From Limisphaerales bacterium (GTDB taxonomy: Bacteria; Verrucomicrobiota; Verrucomicrobiia; Limisphaerales; SIBE01), in contig JBGAIN010000030.1 of assembly GCA_044225505.1 (NCBI GenBank), positions 1-59,283 on the forward strand: a stretch of DNA of 59,283 bases, written 5' to 3'. The notes beneath the pieces were generated by a model. The model was not told the DNA's origin, did not search any database, and saw nothing but the letters and a program-made list of their open reading frames with translations. Shown piece after piece: positions 18,439 through 27,212 of the stretch (positions are counted from its first letter, which is position 1; every line of letters starts with the position of its first letter). The translations under genes and the position numbers were made by a program.

Positions 18439-19425
18439 TTACCGTCCCCGTTTGCCCGATGCCTCCGGCATTTTCCCTCTGAAATAGGCGATTGTCTTTT
18501 TCAGGCCGTCGGCCAAACCCACGCATGGGCTCCATTTAAGCATTGTTCGTGCCCGAGTTATGTCCGGTTGACGCTGGCGCGGGTCGTCCTGCGGCAGCGG
18601 TCGATACACAATTCGACTCCGCGATCCGGTCGCTGCTATCACCGCCTCCGCAAACTCCAGCATCGTCATTTCCCGCGGATTCCCAATGTTTACAGGGTCC
18701 GCAGTGGCACTCAGCATCAAGCGGTAAATCCCTTCGATCAGGTCGGAGCAGTAACAAAAACTGCGTGTTTGGCTCCCGTCACCAAAGACCGTCAGGGGCT
18801 TATTGGCCAGCGCCTGGCTGATAAAATTCGGCACGACCCGCCCGTCGTTCAACCGCATGCGCGGTCCGTAGGTGTTAAAAATGCGCACGATGCGTGTCTC
18901 TACCCCATGTTCGCGGTGGTACGCCATCGTCAGGGCTTCCGCGAAACGCTTCGCTTCGTCGTAGCAACCGCGCGGTCCGATCGGGTTCACGTTGCCCCAG
19001 TAATCTTCGGTTTGCGGATGCACCAAGGGATCTCCGTAAATCTCCGAGGTCGAAGCCAGAAGAAACCGGGCGCCATTGGTTTTGGCTAACCCGAGGGCTT
19101 TATGAGTGCCGAGCGACCCGACTTTTAAGGTCTGGATGGGTAACTCGAGGTAATCAATCGGGCTGGCTGGCGATGCGAAATGCCAGACGTAATCCACTTC
19201 TTCGTCCAGAAACAGAAACTCGGTAACGTCCTGCTCGATAAACCGAAAGGCGCGATTCCCAGCGAGTTGCGCGATATTCGCGAGGTTGCCCGTGACCAGG
19301 TTATCCAAACCGATGACGCGATGCCCGCGTTCCAGCAGCAGATCCACCAGGTGCGAGCCGAGAAACCCGGCTGCGCCCGTCACGACCGAGACCGGCAAGC
19401 GCCCGGCCACTTTCCTTTTTTTCAT
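18439..19425 (-). CDS. UDP-glucuronic acid decarboxylase (UDP-xylose synthase) family SDR
   Basis: [69 protein letters not shown]. Confidence 0.93.
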   Translation of the reverse strand: MKKRKVAGRLPVSVVTGAAGFLGSHLVDLLLERGHRVIGLDNLVTGNLANIAQLAGNRAFRFIEQDVTEFLFLDEEVDYVWHFASPASPIDYLELPIQTLKVGSLGTHKALGLAKTNGARFLLASTSEIYGDPLVHPQTEDYWGNVNPIGPRGCYDEAKRFAEALTMAYHREHGVETRIVRIFNTYGPRMRLNDGRVVPNFISQALANKPLTVFGDGSQTRSFCYCSDLIEGIYRLMLSATADPVNIGNPREMTMLEFAEAVIAATGSRSRIVYRPLPQDDPRQRQPDITRARTMLKWSPCVGLADGLKKTIAYFRGKMPEASGKRGR

Positions 19426-19504
19426 GAATGCAATGCTAACCCACGGCTACGCGGCCACGTCCGGCAACGCTGAAGGCACGTCAAACGGGGAAATGCGCCG
19501 GTTC

Positions 19505-20899
19505 TCATTTTGCACCCGTTCCCATAAGCACGACCGGGACGGTGCGGAAGAGGATCTTCAAATCGAGCCAAAGCGACCAGTTATCGATGTATTCGAGATC
19601 CAAGCGGACCCAATCCTTGAAATCCGTGACATTATTTCTCCCTGACACTTGCCAAAGACAGGTTAACCCCGGCCTTACGCTCAGCCGGCGCCGGTGTGAA
19701 AAATCATCAAACCGTTTCACTTCATCGACCGGGAGCGGGCGGGGTCCTACCAAGCTCATTTCGCCACGCAGCACATTGATCAGCTGGGGGAGTTCATCGA
19801 TGCTGAATCGGCGGATGATCCGTCCGATCGGCGTGATGCGTGGATCTTCGGTCAATTTAAAGACCGGACCGGCCATTTCGTTCAACGCGGCCAGCTCTTG
19901 CTTCCGCTGCTCTGCGTCCGTGACCATGGAGCGGAATTTGAGCATGGTAAAGGGGCGTCCGTTCAAGCCGCTCCGTTGTTGGCGGAAAAGGACGGGACCC
20001 GGAGACGCGAGCTTGATGGCGAGGGCGGTCAACACGAAGACCGGGCTGCACACGAGAAGGAGGAAAAAAGCCCCGGCCACATCCAAAACGTTCTTAGCCA
20101 AGCCTTGCCAGCTCTCTTCAGGCGTGCAGCGAAAGACCAGCATCGGGCGGCCGTAAAAGTCGTCCAAGGTCGTTTGGGAAAGCTGGGTATTAAAAAAATC
20201 CGCCATCAACCAGGCTTCTACCCCTTCCAGTTCGCACGCTTGGATGGCCTTTTCCACCTTGCCAAAATAGGTGTGCTTGGCGCTCAGGATGACGCCATTG
20301 GCCGAGTGCTCGTGAAGCAGGTTGACCAACTCGTCGATCGGGGTCTCGTTCAAGTTCAGTTCCGCCAGCACTTCGATCCCGTCCCGGGCCGTCTCGGCGA
20401 GCTGTTTTTGCAGTCGGGCGGTATCCTCCGTTGTTCCCACCAGGATCAAGCGTTTGCGTAACTGAGACTGAGCCACGGTGCTCGCCACCCAGACCCGCAC
20501 GAGTTCCTCTTTCAACATGACCAACGCGAAGCTGATAAACCCGAATAGAATGATGACGGCGCGTGCCAGTTCCGCCTGACGGAAGAAGCTCAGCACAATC
20601 ATGATCAGGACCGTGAGCACACACGATTGCAAGAGCTGCAACGCGGTGCGCCGTCTCGACGCGAGCAACGGGCGGCTGTAAAAGCCGTGCGCCTCGAGCA
20701 GGAGCGGGCTGGCCGGGATGATGATCAGAAGCAGCCAGGCGTAGGAATGAAAGGGCCCGATGCTAATGGGTCCACCCAGTTTCGCCAGAGTCGCGTTATC
20801 CGCCCGAACGACATGCGCCAGCCAGAAACTCAACGCGAACAACGTCGCATCGAGCAATCTGTAAAACTGCATTCGGACCTGGCGCTGACGACGTAACAT
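19505..20899 (-). CDS. Polyprenyl-phosphate glycosylphosphotransferase (priming sugar transferase, WcaJ/EpsE-like)
   Basis: Four N-terminal TMs, CoA-binding-like middle region, KFRSM, DPRITPIG, SIDELPQLINVLRGEMSLVGPRP, PGLTCLWQV. Confidence 0.93.
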   Translation of the reverse strand: MLRRQRQVRMQFYRLLDATLFALSFWLAHVVRADNATLAKLGGPISIGPFHSYAWLLLIIIPASPLLLEAHGFYSRPLLASRRRTALQLLQSCVLTVLIMIVLSFFRQAELARAVIILFGFISFALVMLKEELVRVWVASTVAQSQLRKRLILVGTTEDTARLQKQLAETARDGIEVLAELNLNETPIDELVNLLHEHSANGVILSAKHTYFGKVEKAIQACELEGVEAWLMADFFNTQLSQTTLDDFYGRPMLVFRCTPEESWQGLAKNVLDVAGAFFLLLVCSPVFVLTALAIKLASPGPVLFRQQRSGLNGRPFTMLKFRSMVTDAEQRKQELAALNEMAGPVFKLTEDPRITPIGRIIRRFSIDELPQLINVLRGEMSLVGPRPLPVDEVKRFDDFSHRRRLSVRPGLTCLWQVSGRNNVTDFKDWVRLDLEYIDNWSLWLDLKILFRTVPVVLMGTGAK

Positions 20900-20961
20900 G
20901 ACAGTTCAATTCTCTGCGGAAATCCAATTCACGGCGAGTGAATACCAGATTCTACGCGTAG

Positions 20962-21750
20962 TCAGTTCTTTTCTTTTCCGGAATTATCCGATACCGAAGC
21001 GGTTCGACCCAGGGGTGAGGGTGGACCTGACGCCACCTGAAATTCGGGCACAGAGGCAGCGATGAAATCCTTAAGGCGCGCGTAGGCGGCCTCTTCCTGC
21101 CCAGGCCAGCAGACCGTGAAATAAGTCACGTAAGCCCAGCGCTGTAACACGCCCGTCAGGACTAGGTCCCGCGCCATCCACCACATCCGTTCGCCATGAT
21201 GGGGCGTCAGCAGTTTGTCCGTTACAAACCAGTAGACGTACAACCCCCGCGCCAATCGAGGGGCGCCATTGGTTCCCGGGACCGGCCGGGAGGTTGTCAG
21301 CTTCATGACTTGCAAGTCGTAGGGATACGGCCGGGTCATGGGAATCGCGACCGTCTCAGTCTTTTCGATCTTCCAACCTTGTCCGTCCAAACAGAACTGC
21401 GGTTTATGGATGCTGGTGCGGTCCGTTCCCATCAACACCACGCTTAACTGGGTCCAAAAACCGTCCTTTGCTTGGTAGACCTTTCGGCCGAACAGAGTGT
21501 CTTGCGGCAGCCAACCCGCTTCCAAGGGGGTGATATGCTCGGATTTCGCTGTAAAATCAAGGATATCGCCCGGCAAACTCACGGATTGATCCCGGATCAC
21601 TTTGCCATCTGTCGTATAGGTCGGCTCATGGACCAACCGCAACCCGGGATTCCCCAAGCGCTGACTCTGCCCGAGATGCACCAGCACCGCTGCGGTCAGG
21701 CCGACCAGGCTGAGCACCGTCCCTAGCACTGTCCAATGGCGCGAAGTCAT
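20962..21750 (-). CDS. epsI: Exosortase-associated EpsI family protein
   Basis: ATG at 21750 overlaps the exosortase stop (ATGA); N-terminal TM; SIHKPQFCLDGQGW matches the EpsI HxPxxCxxxxGW motif; YVYWF. Confidence 0.85.
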   Translation of the reverse strand: MTSRHWTVLGTVLSLVGLTAAVLVHLGQSQRLGNPGLRLVHEPTYTTDGKVIRDQSVSLPGDILDFTAKSEHITPLEAGWLPQDTLFGRKVYQAKDGFWTQLSVVLMGTDRTSIHKPQFCLDGQGWKIEKTETVAIPMTRPYPYDLQVMKLTTSRPVPGTNGAPRLARGLYVYWFVTDKLLTPHHGERMWWMARDLVLTGVLQRWAYVTYFTVCWPGQEEAAYARLKDFIAASVPEFQVASGPPSPLGRTASVSDNSGKEKN

Positions 21751-22727
21751 ACGTTCGTCGGTCGAGGGTAAGCAGGCTCGCGGAGGGGTGGAGGGTTTGG
21801 GGTGGTGACGCCGCCTTGCAACCAGCGGCCGAGAAACATGAGGCAAACCAAGGCGACGGTGAACGTGACCAACCCGAGGTACTGTTCCACTTGCATCGCG
21901 AGTTCTTTGCCAAAGACGTCTCCTAGAATAATGACCGTGGTCACCCGCGCCACGTTGCCGGCCACCGCCAAGGGGATGGCCGCCACCAGGATGATCAGCC
22001 GTTTCCAACCCACGGTGAACGCCATGAATGCGTAGATCATGGTAATCGCGCCCATGGCTGTCAGGCTTCGGATCCCACTGCATGCGGGGGCCACGTCGAA
22101 CGAGCCTTCCGGCCCCACGATCGTGGAGCCGTCCCGGACAATGGGCATGGCCAGGATCCCATGGCCGATCCCCCAGGAGATCTTCGTCACCAGGATCCGC
22201 AAGGGATAAGTGAGCGATTCGCTGATCGTGCTCAGCGGAATGGAGAACACAAACAACACCATTGGGAAGAAGCTGTGCCCCAGAAAGCGCCGGCCCCACG
22301 TGAGCCCGAGCAACCCCCAAAGCCCGAAGGCAAACGCCATGATGGAGATACGGGTTTGCTGAATGCGATATCCGATGATGTGCAGCAACAACGCCGCGAC
22401 GACAATACCGAGCGCTGGCCACCAGATATCCCCGGCGCGCTCGAGCAATTCCCGGCGTTTCCACCAAAACAAGACGAGAATCACCGCTGGGATCAGGTAA
22501 CCATGTTCGTCATCCGGATGTTTGCCGTAGCAATAGCGCATCCAGCCGAACAGGGAGGGGGTTTCGATGTAGCCGAAAGTTGAGTTACCCCAGAATTGGA
22601 ACAGGATCAGCCAGGCGGCAAACAGGGTCCACCAGAGCGGTTTCGAGGGCCATTGCTTCCAATAAGAAAGCATTTCCTGCCACAAACTAAGTGCAGCTTC
22701 GTTCTCTGGTTTGCGGCTCTCGGCCAT
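21747..22727 (-). CDS. Exosortase (EpsH/Xrt family)
   Basis: Multi-TM protein; DEHGYLIP, VAPACSGIRSL (Cys), GNVARV (Arg); coupled to epsI. Start could be 22736 or 22727. Confidence 0.9.
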   Translation of the reverse strand: MAESRKPENEAALSLWQEMLSYWKQWPSKPLWWTLFAAWLILFQFWGNSTFGYIETPSLFGWMRYCYGKHPDDEHGYLIPAVILVLFWWKRRELLERAGDIWWPALGIVVAALLLHIIGYRIQQTRISIMAFAFGLWGLLGLTWGRRFLGHSFFPMVLFVFSIPLSTISESLTYPLRILVTKISWGIGHGILAMPIVRDGSTIVGPEGSFDVAPACSGIRSLTAMGAITMIYAFMAFTVGWKRLIILVAAIPLAVAGNVARVTTVIILGDVFGKELAMQVEQYLGLVTFTVALVCLMFLGRWLQGGVTTPNPPPLREPAYPRPTNV

Positions 22728-22863
22728 AGGATGCAACTCCGCTCGACTACCTGCTCTCTGGCATTCTGGGTTTCAGGCCTGACCTGCGCTCGTCCCGGCG
22801 TGGCGGGCCTGCCCGAAGGTCACCCGCAGTTTAACGCGCCGGGCGCGCCTTCAGCGAGTCAAT

Positions 22864-24048
22864 TCATGAGACAGCCAAGGCATACGCCCGTTCAAGCTCT
22901 TCGACCGATCTTCCCCAATCGACCCATTTCCTAAAGCGATCCTCTCCAATCTCACCCATTTTCCGCCTTAAATCCGGATTGTCGATCAAATGTGCGATGG
23001 CCTCACCCAATTTTTGGGAGGAACATTCCGGCACGTACCACCCTGCCTGATCCGCTGAAACCCTGCTTTCCACCAGATCGAACATCACTTGCGGTTTCCC
23101 AAATGCCATGTATTCCAGCACTTTGTTCATCGTGCAACCGTCGTTGTAAGAGTTTTTCGGATCGCACGACACTCCCAGATCGATCGTTTGCAGCGCGCGG
23201 AACAACGGTTCCCCTTTCATCCAGCCGGGCATGTCGACATACAACCCGAGTCCAAGCCGATCGCGCAACGCCACCAACCGGTCATACTCCGGTCCTGTCC
23301 CCATCAATAGAAACTGGATATCCTTCCGTCCTTTTTGGCGGACCAGGTAATCCGCAGCTTCCAACAAGTGATGGACGCCGTCCGCGCTCCCCATCACGCC
23401 AATATAGCCAACCAGATGCGGTCGCCCTTTTTTCAGCGCGGGGTCAGGCGAGGACGAAGTCGTCGGCATTTTGGGGGCCGTCCGCACTGCGAAAACCCGG
23501 TCCGAACGCATGCCGCCGCGCCCGAGGGCGACCGAGCGGACGGTATCGTTGGTGACCAGCGCGACATGGGCGGCGGCATAGGTGAGACGTTCGGCGATCC
23601 GGACTGCCCAGTAGAACAAGCCGCGTCCTTTGAACTTGGCCTCGAACATTTCCGGCCAGAGATCGTGCACATCGTAGATCATGCGCACCCCAAACAGCCT
23701 GAACTGGAGGGCGACCAGAAACAGGAGATCGGGCGGATTGCACACATGAATGACCTTAAACCGTTTGCGCCGCCAGATTTTCCAGGCCAACCGGCTTTCC
23801 CCCCACAAGGCCGAGGCATATTCCAGGAAAAACCCTAAAAATCCTTTGGCTTCGCTGGCGAGCGGGTGGCGGAAGATGTGGATCCCTTCCAAGGTCTCTT
23901 CGGGCAGCACTTGGCCGTGCATTTGGGGACAAATCACCGTCACGTCGTAACCGGCGTCCCGCAATGCCAGCGATTCCTGCCACACGCGCCGATCCAGCGG
24001 CACGGGCAGATTCTCCACCACGATGAGGATTGGAATCTTCTTATCCAC
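22864..24048 (-). CDS. Glycosyltransferase family 4 (GT-B)
   Basis: VENLPVPLDRRVWQE, HVCNPPD, YDVHDLWPE, MNKVLEYMAFGKP. Probable GTG start at 24048. Confidence 0.9.
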   Translation of the reverse strand: MDKKIPILIVVENLPVPLDRRVWQESLALRDAGYDVTVICPQMHGQVLPEETLEGIHIFRHPLASEAKGFLGFFLEYASALWGESRLAWKIWRRKRFKVIHVCNPPDLLFLVALQFRLFGVRMIYDVHDLWPEMFEAKFKGRGLFYWAVRIAERLTYAAAHVALVTNDTVRSVALGRGGMRSDRVFAVRTAPKMPTTSSSPDPALKKGRPHLVGYIGVMGSADGVHHLLEAADYLVRQKGRKDIQFLLMGTGPEYDRLVALRDRLGLGLYVDMPGWMKGEPLFRALQTIDLGVSCDPKNSYNDGCTMNKVLEYMAFGKPQVMFDLVESRVSADQAGWYVPECSSQKLGEAIAHLIDNPDLRRKMGEIGEDRFRKWVDWGRSVEELERAYALAVS

Positions 24049-24255
24049 GAAGCTGTTCCCGGCTGATTCCCTAGCACTCCTGGAATCCGCCGCCCACATT
24101 GACTTCCACTGGCGCCCCTCGCAAGCCCCCTGCCCTCGCCATTCCCAGGCAGAACGAGGACCCTAACAACCTTCTTCCCACGATTCAAGAGCATGGAAAG
24201 ACTGCTGCCTAATGCTTGCCTACCTCTCGAACGGCCCCGATCACGGCGCCCCCCC

Positions 24256-24609
24256 TTACCGCAGGGCAAGTTCGGTTCTGCACAAGGTTAAGAGCATCGA
24301 GAATTCAGTGATGGCTTTGACCGCGTGGGGCGTGTGCGCCGGCATCGAGAGCAGATCGCCCGCTTTCATGCGGTGCGGTTCGCCGCGCACAAAAAAGTCA
24401 CACTCCCCGGATAATGCCTGGACGAGCGCGTGTTGCGTCGACGTGTGTTCGGTGAGTTCTTGGCCCGCCGCAAACCCAAAGAGCACAACGCGGCAGCCAG
24501 GGCTCTTGAACAGCGTCCGGCTGACAATCCCATGCGGCGCGAACTGCGTTTCTTCGGACAAGCTGACGACCTTGGACGCATCGACCGGGATTAAAGGTTG
24601 TTCGTTCAT
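24256..24609 (-). CDS. Cupin domain protein
   Basis: GIVSRTL, VLFGFAAGQELTEH, GDLLSMPAHTPHAVKA; ATG at 24609. Confidence 0.88.
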   Translation of the reverse strand: MNEQPLIPVDASKVVSLSEETQFAPHGIVSRTLFKSPGCRVVLFGFAAGQELTEHTSTQHALVQALSGECDFFVRGEPHRMKAGDLLSMPAHTPHAVKAITEFSMLLTLCRTELALR

Positions 24610-24645
24610 AACAGGTTCAACGTGGCACAGGGCGGCCCGGGTTCT

Positions 24646-24659
24646 TTGATCCAAATCAA
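24646..24659. promoter_or_regulatory. FNR/DNR-type (CRP family) binding box
   Basis: Perfect TTGAT-CCAA-ATCAA centred about 43 bp upstream of the cupin ATG. Confidence 0.7.
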
Positions 24660-24732
24660 CGGGCGGATGCAGCCCGCTCCCAAAAAGGAGCACGCGGGCT
24701 TCCCCGATGGCCCCGCGCTACCCCGCCGCACG

Positions 24733-26559
24733 TCACGGGATCGCTTGGATCCGGTAGAACTGCAGATCGACCGATCCGACCGGATCGAGATACTGCGCAT
24801 GGTTCCCGGTCGATAAGACCGGCGCCCCCACCGGTTGCCACCCTCGGACGCTGTCGAGCTTCGATCGACTCAAAACCTGGTAACGTTTTCCGGGCGCACT
24901 CGGCCATGTCAAAGTCACTCCCGAGGCATCCCAGCGCGCGCTTTCAATTTTCAATACGGACTGCGGATCTAACGGGTTGGTGCCCGCGAGATACTCGGCT
25001 TCATTGGAAAAGCCATCCTGATCTGGATCTGCTCCATTCGGACGCGCTTCGGGCGCTGTCCAAACAGGGAAGAATCTCTGGAACCGGTCATCGACGCCGT
25101 CGAAGTTGAAATCGGGGATGGAGGGCGGCAATTCCACGAAGCCATTCGCGTAAACGACGGTAGTGCCTTGCTGCAGCGCGAGGCTCCGCATGCCTGGCGT
25201 GGCGTTGGGCGCCATGTGCACCGGGACCGAGACGAGGTGAAGCGGCGGATTCACTCCGGGAAAGGCGTTGCTGCGCACGGTGGTGGGCCCAAAGGTCAAA
25301 TCATTGCCGGTCAAGCGCAGGACCGCCTCCGCGGCTGGCAAATCCGTGCAATAGACCCCAACCTCGAAATCGGCCGCACCCAATGGGATGGAGACCGCAT
25401 AATTGACGACCACTAATGTCGCATCGGTCGACGGCGGCCAAATTCGGTTAATGCGAACGGCGGGCGTCCCAGTCAGCACGGCAAAGTTCTGGGCGGCATT
25501 CCCACTGGCCGTCACGGTTACAGCGACGTTTGGACTGGGCAGGAAGTTCGGTTCCGCGCTGAAGAACGTTTGATCGATGTCCGGCCCGCGAAACAGATAC
25601 CAACTGGCACTCGCCGGGTCGAGCGGGGTCGCCCGGAGCCCGTAGGTCCCCGGGGGCATGGCCGGGAGTTCGTAAAAACCGTTCGTGCGCGACACGGTGC
25701 CAGCGATGGTATTCCCGAATGAATCTTCAGCCGTGATAATGGCCCCTAACACCGGTTTAGATCCCAGGCTGACCACGCCGGAGATTCGCCCGAGCTTGGC
25801 CAGCGTCCCGGCGCTGGGGTAGAGAGCGTGCAGCGCGGCGAACTCATCGCTCGACAGCCCGGCTTGCACAGAGACGCCCCCGCCGCCTCGCGGATACATG
25901 GTCGACGCTCCCACGGGCGAATGGGATAACCCGACGAAATGCCCGATCTCGTGCAGGAGAACCGATTCGACGAATTGCGCCTGGGTCACGGAGTCGTTGA
26001 AGTCGGTAAACCAGGAGTACCCTCCGCCCGAGACACCGTTCAGCACGATATCCGCTTCCGCCAAGGTGCTATCGGAGAAGTAGTCGGAGAACGTCACGCC
26101 GGTCGTTCCCGCAATGTTGTCAAACCCGCCATTGACGATCGTCGAATTCTTCGCCCAATAGACGAGGTTGGTATTGTCCGTTGTATTGATATCCAGGTTG
26201 CCCGTGGCCAAGCCTCCTTCCTCGAAGCGCAAGATCGAACCGGGCACCGCTTGCCATTGATCGAAACACGCCCGGGCCGCGTTGAGTTCAGCGGTGCGAT
26301 TCGCGCTCGAGAAGGCATCTGCCGCCAGGAAGTAACGGACCGCACGCGTGGTTGGGTTGACCACGTTGGTATGCACAAAAGGGCTCGGAGCGGCCAGACT
26401 CCACTTTTGCGGCTGGCCGATCTTGTTAATGTAACTCACGTAGGCTCGGTTCGGGAGAGTGCTGCAGAGCAGCACCAATCCCAAGAGCCAGCCCCGCGCC
26501 GCCCAGATTCCGGCGGCCGACCGTGCCGGGACCAGGGTATCATCGCAACCTGTCCTCAT
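24733..26559 (-). CDS. Secreted matrixin (M10/metzincin) metalloprotease with carboxypeptidase-regulatory-like and C-terminal domains
   Basis: EADIVLN, LLHEIGHFVGLSH, Met-turn STMYP, LSSDEFAALHALY; DPDQDGFSNEAEYLAGTNP; ends QFYRIQAIP. Confidence 0.92.
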   Translation of the reverse strand: MRTGCDDTLVPARSAAGIWAARGWLLGLVLLCSTLPNRAYVSYINKIGQPQKWSLAAPSPFVHTNVVNPTTRAVRYFLAADAFSSANRTAELNAARACFDQWQAVPGSILRFEEGGLATGNLDINTTDNTNLVYWAKNSTIVNGGFDNIAGTTGVTFSDYFSDSTLAEADIVLNGVSGGGYSWFTDFNDSVTQAQFVESVLLHEIGHFVGLSHSPVGASTMYPRGGGGVSVQAGLSSDEFAALHALYPSAGTLAKLGRISGVVSLGSKPVLGAIITAEDSFGNTIAGTVSRTNGFYELPAMPPGTYGLRATPLDPASASWYLFRGPDIDQTFFSAEPNFLPSPNVAVTVTASGNAAQNFAVLTGTPAVRINRIWPPSTDATLVVVNYAVSIPLGAADFEVGVYCTDLPAAEAVLRLTGNDLTFGPTTVRSNAFPGVNPPLHLVSVPVHMAPNATPGMRSLALQQGTTVVYANGFVELPPSIPDFNFDGVDDRFQRFFPVWTAPEARPNGADPDQDGFSNEAEYLAGTNPLDPQSVLKIESARWDASGVTLTWPSAPGKRYQVLSRSKLDSVRGWQPVGAPVLSTGNHAQYLDPVGSVDLQFYRIQAIP

Positions 26560-27137
26560 GGCCGGGCCTCCACGACGCGCCGTTTCAACTCCGCCAACCC
26601 CAAGGCGTCCGGCCGCACGGCCATCCCGGCACCGGCCTGGAGCGCGGTGGCGGAGCCCGCCGGAGGGACTCCGTGGAATGGATTGGAGACAAATTTCGCC
26701 TGGCTGACCGGGTCTTTCCAGACATGGAACTTGCCTTGCATCAGACCCAAGGTCACCGCTTCACCGCGGTCATTCCGGACTAGAAACGCCACGACCTCCT
26801 CGCCGATGGCGTAGTCTACCTGGCCCGCCACAGTCGCTTGCCGTTCCCCGAGCGTGCCACCCCCATGCACAATGAGGAGCGGGCTGCCGGAAACAGCGCC
26901 TTTCCAAAGCTCCGTCACATCCACTTCCACGCGCGTGTAAATGCGGCCGGCGCGGTCTTGCTGACAGACTTTGCTGCGCACCGTGCCCTGCACCACGATC
27001 TCGGCCTGGGTTCCGAGAGTCTCAAGGGAGAGCGGTTGCATGACCAGCGCGTGAAGCCATTGGGGATAACAACTCGCGATCACCAAGAGCCATCGAGTGA
27101 GCCTCGTCGCGCGAGACAAAAGTTTAGATTCTAGCAT
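26556..27137 (-). CDS. Secreted hypothetical protein translationally coupled to the matrixin
   Basis: Signal peptide; AEIVVQGTV...IYTRVEVDVTELWKG...GEEVVAFL...GLMQGKF; ATGA overlap with the matrixin start. Confidence 0.8.
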   Translation of the reverse strand: MLESKLLSRATRLTRWLLVIASCYPQWLHALVMQPLSLETLGTQAEIVVQGTVRSKVCQQDRAGRIYTRVEVDVTELWKGAVSGSPLLIVHGGGTLGERQATVAGQVDYAIGEEVVAFLVRNDRGEAVTLGLMQGKFHVWKDPVSQAKFVSNPFHGVPPAGSATALQAGAGMAVRPDALGLAELKRRVVEARP

Positions 27138-27212
27138 GGCACAGACAAGCCGGTCGGGTTCGGGTTTGGGTCGTCCATCATAAGCGTCAACGGCACGGAA
27201 TATGACAGGCCC

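Noticed and set aside
21751..22467. Long N-terminal part of the 501-aa ORF 20962-22467
   Set aside because: Out-of-frame overlap with the exosortase; EpsI starts at the ATGA junction at 21750.
25939..26814. 291-aa plus-strand ORF, and similar long antisense ORFs at 29289-30374, 40071-41138 and 57760-58482
   Set aside because: They lie opposite well-supported genes, have no motifs, and are expected in GC-rich DNA.
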